From a virus (taxonomy: Duplodnaviria; Caudoviricetes), in the IMG/VR virus record IMGVR_UViG_3300023214_000153, positions 1-42,435 of that record: a DNA stretch of 42,435 nt; one strand, written 5' to 3'. A program made the position numbers and the translations under genes. Shown in pieces: positions 16,677 to 26,407 of this stretch. The notes under the pieces are model-generated. The model did no database searches and was not told the origin of the DNA. It saw nothing but the letters and a program-made list of their open reading frames with translations. Each line of letters opens with the position of its first letter. Position 1 is the stretch's first letter.

Positions 16677-19520
16677 ATGCGGCATGGCATCGCCTTTGTT
16701 CTCACGTGTCTCCTGGTGCTGGCCGTGGCCGGCGACGCATCGGGGGGCGTGACCGAGTTCTCAATGTGGCCGACGCATCCGAGAGCGTTTGTTCGTAGTG
16801 ACAGTGACGTCGCGCTCTGGCGTGTCCGGTGTGACATTGGCTCGTCGGCCGACTCCACGCTGTACCCGGATCAAGACTCCACGCACACCGCTGAGTGGGC
16901 GTCGCTACAGGCAGCTGTGCGCGGCTACTTCGGCAAGGCGTTCGATCATGACGATGTGGCGGATGGCATTGACCTGAATGGCACCGAATGGAGCCAGGGC
17001 GATTGTGGCCGGGCTGGTGACGTGTTCAAGAACCTCATGGTGGCATGGCGAGTAGCCGCGGGTACGAGCGAGCAGGCGTTTGCTGACTCGGTGTGGGATT
17101 ACCTGACCGAAACGGTGATGGATACTGTGATCGCGCATTCCAAGCTGGCTGGTAACGGCACGATTGCGGACATCGTTCAGGGGTCAGACAATGACAATAT
17201 GTGGGAGCGCGGCGATCATGTTGGGCTTCTCATGACGTATGACTGGTCGGTGGACACGCTTCGAGCTGGCACGGACACCGATACGCTGCGAGCTGATGAG
17301 TGGACGCAGGTAGTGTGGCACGCAATCGACCAGACGACGGGCGCGGTCGAGAACTTCAACCAAATCAACTACAACGCCGACCACATGCGCGAAGGCTACA
17401 TGGCGGCTCAGGCTGTCATCTACGCCGACGAGGCACTAGCGGCGATCTCGGGGTACAGTCAGCAGGAGGTTGATCAGGACCTAGACCAGAGGTTCCAGGT
17501 GTGGGAAGACCAGAACGAGTTCCACGATCAGTTCTGGTACGGGATGGTGCGCGGCTATCTCAACCAGATTCCGCAGAGCATGATCCCGAACATGCTGATG
17601 TGGGATGCCGCGACTACCGACTCCCTCTACACGACCTACTCAGATCACTATCAGAACATGGCGGATTGGTTCGTCCGATGGTCCCGTCCCGATGGGTATC
17701 GCGGGACGCATACCGGCGATCAGGGCGAGTTCGATGCACCGTACGGAACGATGGTCTACTACTACTACGCGCTGGCATCTATGGCCGAGGATGGGACGCA
17801 ACTCGCTGCTCTGGACTCTATCGCTGCTCATTCGGGGCTCTTGAGCGGTACGGGGTTCGATTGGGCCGAGATCATGTGGAACGACAAGGCCGTCACCAGG
17901 GTGCCCAACCCGGCGTCTACAGCCGTGGACTATTCGAAGCACTTCGGGGATTTCGACACGTCCAACGGTGAGTCTCCGTACACCACCTACCGGTCCAACA
18001 TGGTTCTAGGTGAGAACAACAACACGTCTGTGTGGGCGTGGATGTACTGCGGGTCCAATGTCGGCGGGCATCAAGGGGGTGGCCTGAACGGTCATATCAC
18101 AATCGGACGCGGGAACGATCTACTGACGTGTCGGCGTGGTCCTTATGACGGCACAAGTCCCTACATCAACGGCGTGCTCTGGAGAGCAAATGCGATGTCG
18201 GGCAACACGATCCGCATCGTGAACCCGTCGAATACTTACGACTCCTATTCGGGCGAGCCGTTGCCGATTGATTTCAGTACCATCACGGATCTGACCGACG
18301 CCGGGGGCTGGTCTCGCCCACTTCCTTACATGCACTTGAGCGACGGGAACAGCTCTCAGGGTTTCAGGCCGTGTGGGGCGGGGTTTGATGGGTCGCTTGA
18401 GGATTATCTCGGTGACTGCTGGCGGAATGGAGGGACAACTAAGTTCAAGTATTTCCCGTCAGGTGACTCGTACACGCTGGCGGACATGACGCGCGCGTTT
18501 CCAAACGGTGAGGCGTCGTTCTGGTCTGGTGCCGAGACGGTAGACAACTTGCAACGGGCCATTTTTCACAGTGGGTTAGGCGAGTATTTCATCATCGGCG
18601 AGCGGGTTGACGCACATTTCAGCGCCTCAAGTAGCACGACGATCTACGTGACGACTCAGACGCTTTCCGACTCCACGGCGACGATTGTGCTGGACGCGGG
18701 GGATTGGACTGGTGGCGGGTCCGCTAATGACTACGGTGGCACGGCGGGCATGTACGCCAGTGGGGCGTCGGGTTGGTACTACGACCATGGGGACTCAAGG
18801 CTACATCAGACGGTGGTATACCCGACCTCTGGCGTCGACATCGTTCGGATCGGTGGCCCGAATTCGGTCGGGGACTGGACGGAAGGGACACGGTTCCTTA
18901 GCGACACCGACCAATGCATCTTGCCGTATGCCACAGACCCGGTGTGGGATGAAACGGTCGACACCAACATCAGCTTCGAGTTCTACAGTCGGCAGTCGGG
19001 TCACAACTACGCGCTCTGCACCGATGGGTTCGGGTGCGATTGCGGTTCCGGGCTGACGCAAACTGAATACGACGACGACTGGACCCCTGCCGGGCTCGCC
19101 AAGGGTGGCCGGGTGGAGCTCGAATACGATCTAGCTGGTACGTCGGCCGAGATCCTGATCCACGTCTACCAGGCCAGCGACACGAGCACGGCCACCACGT
19201 CCGTATCACTCATCTCTGACTACGATGGGCTGCATCTCGGCACTGAGCTGGCCACGAGCGACACCACCCGCGTCTTTATCTTCTCTATCGACGACGCAGA
19301 GGACGGCTCGGCCGACTACCAGACCAACGCAACGGATGGCTGGTTTCGGCACTACATCGAGAGCATGAAGCCTGGCGCGTACGCCATCTTCGGAGATGAG
19401 GGGTTTGTGGCGTCGTCTGATGTGGACGCTCAGGGCGTCTTGACCTTCCGGTCCCCTCACGGCGGTCGTTTCGAGATCCACCGCTCTCATGATCTCTACG
19501 CAAAGGATGTCACGCCGTGA
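16677..19520 (+). CDS. Signal-peptide-bearing heparinase II/III-like polysaccharide lyase (947 aa)
   Basis: MRHGIAFVLTCLLVLAVAGDASG signal; HPRAF N-terminal motif; helical half then GGHQ..LNGHITIGRG and a beta-sandwich half. Confidence 0.7.
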   Translation: MRHGIAFVLTCLLVLAVAGDASGGVTEFSMWPTHPRAFVRSDSDVALWRVRCDIGSSADSTLYPDQDSTHTAEWASLQAAVRGYFGKAFDHDDVADGIDLNGTEWSQGDCGRAGDVFKNLMVAWRVAAGTSEQAFADSVWDYLTETVMDTVIAHSKLAGNGTIADIVQGSDNDNMWERGDHVGLLMTYDWSVDTLRAGTDTDTLRADEWTQVVWHAIDQTTGAVENFNQINYNADHMREGYMAAQAVIYADEALAAISGYSQQEVDQDLDQRFQVWEDQNEFHDQFWYGMVRGYLNQIPQSMIPNMLMWDAATTDSLYTTYSDHYQNMADWFVRWSRPDGYRGTHTGDQGEFDAPYGTMVYYYYALASMAEDGTQLAALDSIAAHSGLLSGTGFDWAEIMWNDKAVTRVPNPASTAVDYSKHFGDFDTSNGESPYTTYRSNMVLGENNNTSVWAWMYCGSNVGGHQGGGLNGHITIGRGNDLLTCRRGPYDGTSPYINGVLWRANAMSGNTIRIVNPSNTYDSYSGEPLPIDFSTITDLTDAGGWSRPLPYMHLSDGNSSQGFRPCGAGFDGSLEDYLGDCWRNGGTTKFKYFPSGDSYTLADMTRAFPNGEASFWSGAETVDNLQRAIFHSGLGEYFIIGERVDAHFSASSSTTIYVTTQTLSDSTATIVLDAGDWTGGGSANDYGGTAGMYASGASGWYYDHGDSRLHQTVVYPTSGVDIVRIGGPNSVGDWTEGTRFLSDTDQCILPYATDPVWDETVDTNISFEFYSRQSGHNYALCTDGFGCDCGSGLTQTEYDDDWTPAGLAKGGRVELEYDLAGTSAEILIHVYQASDTSTATTSVSLISDYDGLHLGTELATSDTTRVFIFSIDDAEDGSADYQTNATDGWFRHYIESMKPGAYAIFGDEGFVASSDVDAQGVLTFRSPHGGRFEIHRSHDLYAKDVTP

Positions 19521-22234
19521 CGATGGCGCGTCGGCTTCTCCTCGCTCTTCTGGTGTTGGCTGCAGGTATGGGTCTCTACCCGGCGAGTGCGGATGACATC
19601 ATCCACTACGTCGAGATGCTGTCTGACTCGACGTACGCCTTTTCGGTCGATGGGGACAGTGCCGATGTGGTGACGGTGGACGCCCAGGGAGTGGGGTACC
19701 AGCCAGCGTATGACGATCCCTCGGAAGCCACCACGGTCTACTCGTGGTACTGGACGGGTTCGGCCCCTGGGAACTTCGGTGATGTGACGCCCCCGCCGAC
19801 GCCGACGTTCAGCTCGTTCACGGATGTGAATGAGGACTCGACGGTGGTGTACGTCAACGCGGTCGATGACGAGACCAGTGATGGGCCGTCCAACCCGGTG
19901 CGCTATCAGCTATGGAACGTGACACGCGACGATTTCTCCGCATGGCAGCTCGATCACGACGCGGCGACGGTGGCGTTCGCTCAGGACAGTCTGCTCGCGA
20001 ACTACCAGTATCATTACCGGGTTCGGTCAAGAGACGCGGCGATACCGCCCAACGTATCAGCGTGGTCGCCCGTCAACTTGGACTACAGCGCCTACACTGC
20101 ACCCGATAGTGTGATTGTCACGGCACGAACGACTACATCGTTGACGATGGAAGCTGTTGGGGTTTTCCCGAGATTGTCTGAGGCAGGTTCCGGTATAAGG
20201 TTCACAATTATAGGTGATCTTGGCGATCGGCCGTACCAACAAGACAGCGTACTTGTGGCTACTGGCTATACTCAGCTCACTGGTGGTGAAATTGCGTTCA
20301 CTCCCAACGAAGATATCGCGATTGGGACGATCTACGCTAGAAATGGTGACGAGGCTGTGGTCTCTACTTCTGTGTCTAAGACGCGGTACACGGCCGCGGC
20401 TATCCCCGGCGCTCCGATCGTCACTGACATCGGGGAGACATCTATTGATCTGACGGTGGACGTGAACGGGAATCCGGCGTACACCGAGTTCTCCGTCTAC
20501 GTCGTGGACTCATCGAAGTATGTGCAGAGCGATGGCGCACTGGGGACGTCGGCCTACAGGTCGACGACAACGGACGTCACCGTGACCGGGCTGGCGGAAA
20601 ATGTGGAGTACAACATCACGACGAAGGCGTGGAACGGCGATGTTGTCGGTACGGACTGGAGCGACACGACGGCGGTCACAACGCTGCCGGCAGGTGGGCG
20701 GACGCAGTTCTACGTAGCGGCAGACGGCGGTGATACGAACCCGGGCACCTTCGGGTCGCCGCTCAAGACGATCAAGACGGCGCTGGCCGGGCTGGCCGAC
20801 GGCGACACGCTGACGATGCTTGGAGACAACGGCTCCTTCACCACGTTGAACCAGGGTGGTGATGCCAACATGAAGGGCTGGCAGTTCGGGGATAGCCACG
20901 TTCTGCTGCGCGGCTACCCGGGCCAGGCCAGGCCCGTGATCGACTACACCGGTACGTCGCTATCCGGTAGCGACCGGCTGCTGAACCACTACAACGGCAA
21001 GGACGGCTGTACGATCCGGTACGCGAGTGTCGCCAACTACGACAACACCACGCCTCTCATCTACAACTCGACCGGCGACAGTCTCACGCTCGCGGATGTC
21101 GTCTTTGACAGTATCAGTTGCGGGGCCTCGCAGCCGATCATCAACATACGCTCGGGCATCTACGGCGTGTCGATTATCGACTGTGTGTTCAGCGGGCGGA
21201 CGAACGAGGATGACTTCGCGGTGTCATTCCAGGGCGACGGCGCGACGCGGCTGGAGGGGCATCGGGTGATCGGGTGCGCGTTCAACTCTCAGTCCGATCT
21301 GCCCGACACGCTGGGCATGCCGCCGGCCGTCAAGGCGATCGAGGTGGATAGCCTGATCGTGCGTGACTGCGTGATGTGGAATGCGGGTGAGGACCAAGGC
21401 AGCTCCGGCAACGGGTCAGACGCGATTGACCTCCGGGACGCTGATCGAGTGAAGATCGCGAACATACGGTTCACGCGCCGCTACCGTGGCATCTCGCAGA
21501 CTCACACGATGCACAATACCGATTTCCTCGCCACGACGGCGTGGAGCGGGGAGGACTGCGACACGGTTCGAGTTGACTCGTGCTATGTGCGCGGCGCGGG
21601 CCACGCGTTCCAGCTTGCCTTTGTTAACGACATATCGGTGTCCTACTGCGCCACGGACTCCACATCAGACGATGGGTATTTCTTCGACGACACGTGCGAT
21701 GGGGCCACGCTGTCCTACAGTGTCTCGCACTGGGCCTCCGACAACACCCTCGACATTCAGGCGGACAACGTAGCGGTCGATCACTGCACGTTCGTGCGGC
21801 CATTCAACGATGCGGTTCAAATCGCGGCCACGGCCAATACGGTTTCCATCACCAACAGCGTCATGATCGACGTGCGGGCCGGCTCGGCGAACATGGTGAC
21901 GGTCACGAGCGGGGCCGCGAGCGTGAGCCTCGATTACAACCTGTACTACGACCCCGACAACGCCGTGTCGTTCGACGACGAAGGTACGTCTCGGACATTC
22001 ACTACCTGGCAGGGGCAGGGCTACGACACCAACGGGATCGGCGACCAGCGGCCACGGTTCGTGCGCTACAACGGGTCCGCTACGGACATCCTCCCCCGAG
22101 CATTCGTTCTGTGGCCGTCCTCGCCCGCCTGGAACGCGGCCAGTGACGGGCTCCACATCGGGGCGTTACAGAGAAACCCGCCTCCTCGTGCCGTGGGCGG
22201 CTGGCGCTCGCGTAGCAGAGATCGCCAACGATAG
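19517..22234 (+). CDS. Signal-peptide-bearing FN3-repeat + right-handed beta-helix protein (905 aa)
   Basis: MARRLLLALLVLAAGMGLYPASA signal; LLANYQYHYRVRSRD and GLAENVEYNITTKA FN3 motifs; YVAADGGDTNPGT..P.KTI (DUF1565-like) start of beta-helix; SPAWNAASDGLHIGA end. Confidence 0.75.
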   Translation: MTMARRLLLALLVLAAGMGLYPASADDIIHYVEMLSDSTYAFSVDGDSADVVTVDAQGVGYQPAYDDPSEATTVYSWYWTGSAPGNFGDVTPPPTPTFSSFTDVNEDSTVVYVNAVDDETSDGPSNPVRYQLWNVTRDDFSAWQLDHDAATVAFAQDSLLANYQYHYRVRSRDAAIPPNVSAWSPVNLDYSAYTAPDSVIVTARTTTSLTMEAVGVFPRLSEAGSGIRFTIIGDLGDRPYQQDSVLVATGYTQLTGGEIAFTPNEDIAIGTIYARNGDEAVVSTSVSKTRYTAAAIPGAPIVTDIGETSIDLTVDVNGNPAYTEFSVYVVDSSKYVQSDGALGTSAYRSTTTDVTVTGLAENVEYNITTKAWNGDVVGTDWSDTTAVTTLPAGGRTQFYVAADGGDTNPGTFGSPLKTIKTALAGLADGDTLTMLGDNGSFTTLNQGGDANMKGWQFGDSHVLLRGYPGQARPVIDYTGTSLSGSDRLLNHYNGKDGCTIRYASVANYDNTTPLIYNSTGDSLTLADVVFDSISCGASQPIINIRSGIYGVSIIDCVFSGRTNEDDFAVSFQGDGATRLEGHRVIGCAFNSQSDLPDTLGMPPAVKAIEVDSLIVRDCVMWNAGEDQGSSGNGSDAIDLRDADRVKIANIRFTRRYRGISQTHTMHNTDFLATTAWSGEDCDTVRVDSCYVRGAGHAFQLAFVNDISVSYCATDSTSDDGYFFDDTCDGATLSYSVSHWASDNTLDIQADNVAVDHCTFVRPFNDAVQIAATANTVSITNSVMIDVRAGSANMVTVTSGAASVSLDYNLYYDPDNAVSFDDEGTSRTFTTWQGQGYDTNGIGDQRPRFVRYNGSATDILPRAFVLWPSSPAWNAASDGLHIGALQRNPPPRAVGGWRSRSRDRQR

Positions 22235-22243
22235 GATCGTTCT

Positions 22244-24040
22244 ATGCCGGAGCTTCGCAAGTACGATCTCACGGTCATCAAGGACAGGTCGGGGACGGAC
22301 TCTGCCCAGGTCCCCGCCGGCAGCGCCATGGTCTACTTTCACTTCCAGGGCGCAGACGTGCGGATAGGGACCACGGTCACGAGCGGGGGCACCACCGTCG
22401 AGCTCGACGACGTGGGCTATATGAAGCCGGGGGATACGCTGGAGGTGTTCTCCGCGTCGAGCTACGGCTCCGGCGACAGCCTCACGGTGGACTCCATCAC
22501 GGACCAAGACACGGCGGTTCTGAGCGGCAGTGACGTGGCCGTCTCGGCCGGCGATCGGCTGCTCATCACGGCGCGATCGGCCGGTGATGGGTTCCCCAGG
22601 ATCTACAGCGATGAGCGCATGCAGACGCTCCTCAACACCGAGTCAGGCGGTCTCACAACGGACGCAAACGCCAGCACGGACAGCGCGGGCAGACTGCCCC
22701 CGGTCTACGTGGCGGCCCGGTCGTTCGACGTGGTGATCGACATTGGCGGGAGCACCGATGCGGTACTGATCCGCTCTCAGGAGGGCGGCACCCTCTATGC
22801 GCCCACGCTGGAGGACGATGGGGTCTCGTTCGACGGGTCGACGGCCACGGCCACCCGGAACGCGATCCACCTAGAGGACGCATTCGAGCGGATGGCGCGC
22901 TCCGGGGCCACCAGCCAGATCCTGGCCCCGAAAGGAACCGCCTACATCGACGCCACGATCGAGATGGACAAGAACAACGCCGACGCTGGTGGTATGGAGC
23001 TGACCGGGGAGACGGCGTCTATCCTCAAGGCCAAGGCTGGGTTCGCCGACTCACAGATGTTCTACATATCCGGAGCGGCCCGGCACAACATCCTTGCGTT
23101 CCGCGGCAAGACGTTCGACGCGAACAGCGTGTCGAGCCTCAAGGCGCTGGTGCTGGATCGTGGGGTCAAGGAGGTGTGGGTCGAGCGGTGCCGGTTCCTG
23201 AACGTGGACGGCACGGCGCTAGTGCTTGGGCGGACCGGTGGTACCGGCACCTCGCTTCACGTCCAGCGGTTCTTTGTGAACGGGAACATCTTCGATACGT
23301 GCGGCAAGGGCGTAGGCGGCGCGAACATCGCCTACGGCGAGATCTGCGGCAACCACTTCATCGCTCCCGACGGCATAGCGATTGATCTAACCGTTACGAG
23401 CGGGGATCTACTCAAGTACGTGACGGTCGACCGCAACATCATCGAGTACACCACGGGGTCCGTGGTAGCGGTCAACGTGGTCGGTGCAGAAACGTCCGAG
23501 TCGATCGGCACGAACTACATGGTAGCTATCACCAACAACATGATCGAAGACACTACGGCTGTCGGCATCAATTGTACGGGCGTCCCGCTTGCGAAGATCT
23601 CTGGGAACATGATGGAGGACGTCAAGGGTGGTGTGTTTGCTAGCTACATCTACCGCGGTGTCATCCAAGGCAACTCAATAAGGTGTAACTTTGGCGTGAA
23701 TGATGGGATCGACATTGAGAACGCCAATGGAATTGCGATTTCGGGGAATTCGGTCTACGCCGCTGGTTTAAACGGCATCGTGTTGGACACGGTTGACCGA
23801 TCGTCGATCACAGGGAATGTCGTCAACACCTGCAACGACGATGGGATCGAGCTGACAGCAAACTGTGACAAGAACGCAATCGTGGGGAATGTCTGCTTCA
23901 ACAATGGGCCTTACGGGATCAACATCGCGGCGGCGACTTGCGACTCCAATCTCGTCGACGGTAACCAACTCATCGACAACGCCGTCGCTGCCCTGAACGA
24001 CTCTGGTACGGGGACGATCACCGAGGGGCAGAGCCAGTAA
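22244..24040 (+). CDS. Tailspike with pectate-lyase-like beta-helix (no signal peptide)
   Basis: N-terminal anchor (LTTDANA...GRL), ILAPKGTAYI entry to the helix, repeated ISGN/ITGN/IVGN rungs. Confidence 0.8.
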   Translation: MPELRKYDLTVIKDRSGTDSAQVPAGSAMVYFHFQGADVRIGTTVTSGGTTVELDDVGYMKPGDTLEVFSASSYGSGDSLTVDSITDQDTAVLSGSDVAVSAGDRLLITARSAGDGFPRIYSDERMQTLLNTESGGLTTDANASTDSAGRLPPVYVAARSFDVVIDIGGSTDAVLIRSQEGGTLYAPTLEDDGVSFDGSTATATRNAIHLEDAFERMARSGATSQILAPKGTAYIDATIEMDKNNADAGGMELTGETASILKAKAGFADSQMFYISGAARHNILAFRGKTFDANSVSSLKALVLDRGVKEVWVERCRFLNVDGTALVLGRTGGTGTSLHVQRFFVNGNIFDTCGKGVGGANIAYGEICGNHFIAPDGIAIDLTVTSGDLLKYVTVDRNIIEYTTGSVVAVNVVGAETSESIGTNYMVAITNNMIEDTTAVGINCTGVPLAKISGNMMEDVKGGVFASYIYRGVIQGNSIRCNFGVNDGIDIENANGIAISGNSVYAAGLNGIVLDTVDRSSITGNVVNTCNDDGIELTANCDKNAIVGNVCFNNGPYGINIAAATCDSNLVDGNQLIDNAVAALNDSGTGTITEGQSQ

Positions 24041-26406
24041 TGCCGCTTCAGACGAAGGTCATACCGCTCAACATGGGCCTCGTGAACCGGCCGGACAAGA
24101 GTCTCGTGCCCGATGGCGGCTTGACTTCGGCAACCGACGCCTACTACCGGATCAACGACCCGGCCATCCGTAGGGTGCCGGGCCGGACGCAGTTTGCCGT
24201 GGCGGCAGAGGGCTCGCCCGTCTACGGCGTGCACCATCTAGCGTTTGACGATGCTGGCGGGAAGGTGGCTGCGCGCACAAAGAGCACGTGGTGGCTGAGT
24301 GATGACGGGGAGACGGGTGTCTTTTCCGAGGCTACGCTGCCCGATGCGCTCAGCCCGGTCTCTGACCATAGCCGGGCAGTGTACTTCAACAATCAGTTCG
24401 TGCTGCTTGACGGCGTGAATGGCAACCTCGTGGCCAAGTCTGGCTCGTCCACGTTCCGCCGCCACGGGATGACGGCCGTTCCGACGGGGATCGCGGTGGA
24501 GCGCGACACGTCCACTGGCTCGTACGACGGCACGTCAGATGTGTACTACTGGTATTGGTACACCGAGTACGACTCCGAGAACGACCTTGAGAGCGCATTC
24601 GACGGGGACTCGCAGGCGGCGAGCGTGTCCAGCACGTCCACGCAGCACATCACGGTCACGCGTGCAGCGATCGTGAACGACTCGGCGGACCAGTGGCGCA
24701 TTTACCGGTCTACCGTCACGACAGCGGACTCCGATGACGACAGCCGCCCATCCTACTCTACCGGTGAGCGCATCTCGACGGTAGATATCGAGATCTCCCA
24801 GTTCGCACACAGGATCAACGCGGGGCTGCAGACCAACACGCCGACGGCCAACACGGCGTCGGCGTGGGGTAGCCCCGATGAGGCCCACACCGAAGATGGC
24901 ACGTCGGCGACCGGGAACAAGGATGACGTTGGAGACTGGCACACGTTCGGGTTCAGTAGCCTGGTATCGCCGGTAGTCGGCGTTCGCGTCAGGATCAAGG
25001 CCAAGTGCGTGATCGAGGACGAGAACTACCGGCTAACTGTGCGTATCGGGAAAGACAGCTCCACGTATTCCGATGTCAAGGCCACGCCGTTTTTGAGCGA
25101 GACGCTGAACAACTACTGGCTGGGTGCGCCCAATGACCTGTGGGGGCTGTCGCTGTCCACATCAGAGGTAGAGGCGTCGTCGTTCCGCGTGCATCTGCGC
25201 GTACAGGGTGACACCGACACGCCGGCGTTCAACGATGTCTACGTGGATGTCATCGAGGTGCAGGTATGGCACCGCGGTGACCAGCCGGATGATGCGGGCA
25301 CGCCATACGATACGATGGTCGTATCCGGCACGGTCCACCACAGGAACAGCCCCCCGCCGATCGCTAGCGTCGGGGCTAGCTTCGAGGGCGCGCTCGTCAC
25401 CAATGACGTGAGCGACCCCTCGGTGCTGCGGTACAGCTACCCCGGGGAGCATCACTACTTCCCGTCGCCCTACTACCTCAACATCGAGACGCCCGACGCA
25501 GATGTCATCACCGCAATGGCTTCGCGGCAGGACCGGCTGATCGTCGGTCTACACCGGGCCATCGTCCGCGTCGACTATCTGCCGTCGGATGCCGATTTCG
25601 ACTTCAACCGCGGGCGGCCGTGGCAGCTCGTATCTACCGCGTATGGGATTGTCGGGCGGGCCGCCGTGACGCAGGTGCAGATCGAAGGTCAGCCCCAGGT
25701 GTTCGCGTTCATCGACCGGTACCAGGGGCTCTGCGCCACCGATGGCTACCGATGCTGGACGCTCTCCGAGGGGCTGGCGTGGCAGGACATGGTGAACCCG
25801 GACCTAGTCCATGTGTGTTCGCTCATCAACTACCCGAAGTGGTCGGCGCTGGTCCTGTACTACGCCGCCGCCGGATCGCAGACCGTGAACAAGCGATTGA
25901 TCTACCACTACCACCCCTCTCACGTTCTCCAGGGGGGGCGTATGAAGGTCACCGGCCCGTGCCATCTACCGTTCGGCGGGGCCGCGGGCATCATGCGGGT
26001 CGGATCGGAGGTCTACCACCTCTACGGCGACTTCACAGGCGGCGTGTGGCTAGAGGACAGCGGCGTGACGCCGAACGCACCAACCGATGGGTTCCAGGTT
26101 GAAACAGGTGATATCTACCCGGCGGGTCTGGCCGCGGAGGCGAATGTCGAGCGCGTGTACGTGCACTACTCCGACCACAACTTGCTGACGCCGATGAGCA
26201 TGTCGCTCTGGGCGCTGCGCTCGGAGCAGGGTCCGCAGGAGGTCCAGAAGCAGCGTCGGATCACGCTCGACTCCGGGCTCGTGCGGTTCCCGGGGGCGTC
26301 TGCGGAGGCGGTTCGGGTCGGTGTCGCGCTCGGGGGCCCGGACGAGGATATCGGGCTCGACTACCTCGTACTGGCCTACCGCGTCCAGGGCATGGAGGAC
26401 TCCTGA
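24040..26406 (+). CDS. Tail nozzle/DNA stabilisation protein (P22 gp10/T7 gp12-like) with an inserted domain
   Basis: PLNMGL..RVPG N-terminus, LRYSYPG, ITAM, YGIVG beta-propeller patterns; position in the operon. Confidence 0.72.
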   Translation: MPLQTKVIPLNMGLVNRPDKSLVPDGGLTSATDAYYRINDPAIRRVPGRTQFAVAAEGSPVYGVHHLAFDDAGGKVAARTKSTWWLSDDGETGVFSEATLPDALSPVSDHSRAVYFNNQFVLLDGVNGNLVAKSGSSTFRRHGMTAVPTGIAVERDTSTGSYDGTSDVYYWYWYTEYDSENDLESAFDGDSQAASVSSTSTQHITVTRAAIVNDSADQWRIYRSTVTTADSDDDSRPSYSTGERISTVDIEISQFAHRINAGLQTNTPTANTASAWGSPDEAHTEDGTSATGNKDDVGDWHTFGFSSLVSPVVGVRVRIKAKCVIEDENYRLTVRIGKDSSTYSDVKATPFLSETLNNYWLGAPNDLWGLSLSTSEVEASSFRVHLRVQGDTDTPAFNDVYVDVIEVQVWHRGDQPDDAGTPYDTMVVSGTVHHRNSPPPIASVGASFEGALVTNDVSDPSVLRYSYPGEHHYFPSPYYLNIETPDADVITAMASRQDRLIVGLHRAIVRVDYLPSDADFDFNRGRPWQLVSTAYGIVGRAAVTQVQIEGQPQVFAFIDRYQGLCATDGYRCWTLSEGLAWQDMVNPDLVHVCSLINYPKWSALVLYYAAAGSQTVNKRLIYHYHPSHVLQGGRMKVTGPCHLPFGGAAGIMRVGSEVYHLYGDFTGGVWLEDSGVTPNAPTDGFQVETGDIYPAGLAAEANVERVYVHYSDHNLLTPMSMSLWALRSEQGPQEVQKQRRITLDSGLVRFPGASAEAVRVGVALGGPDEDIGLDYLVLAYRVQGMEDS

Positions 26407-26407
26407 G

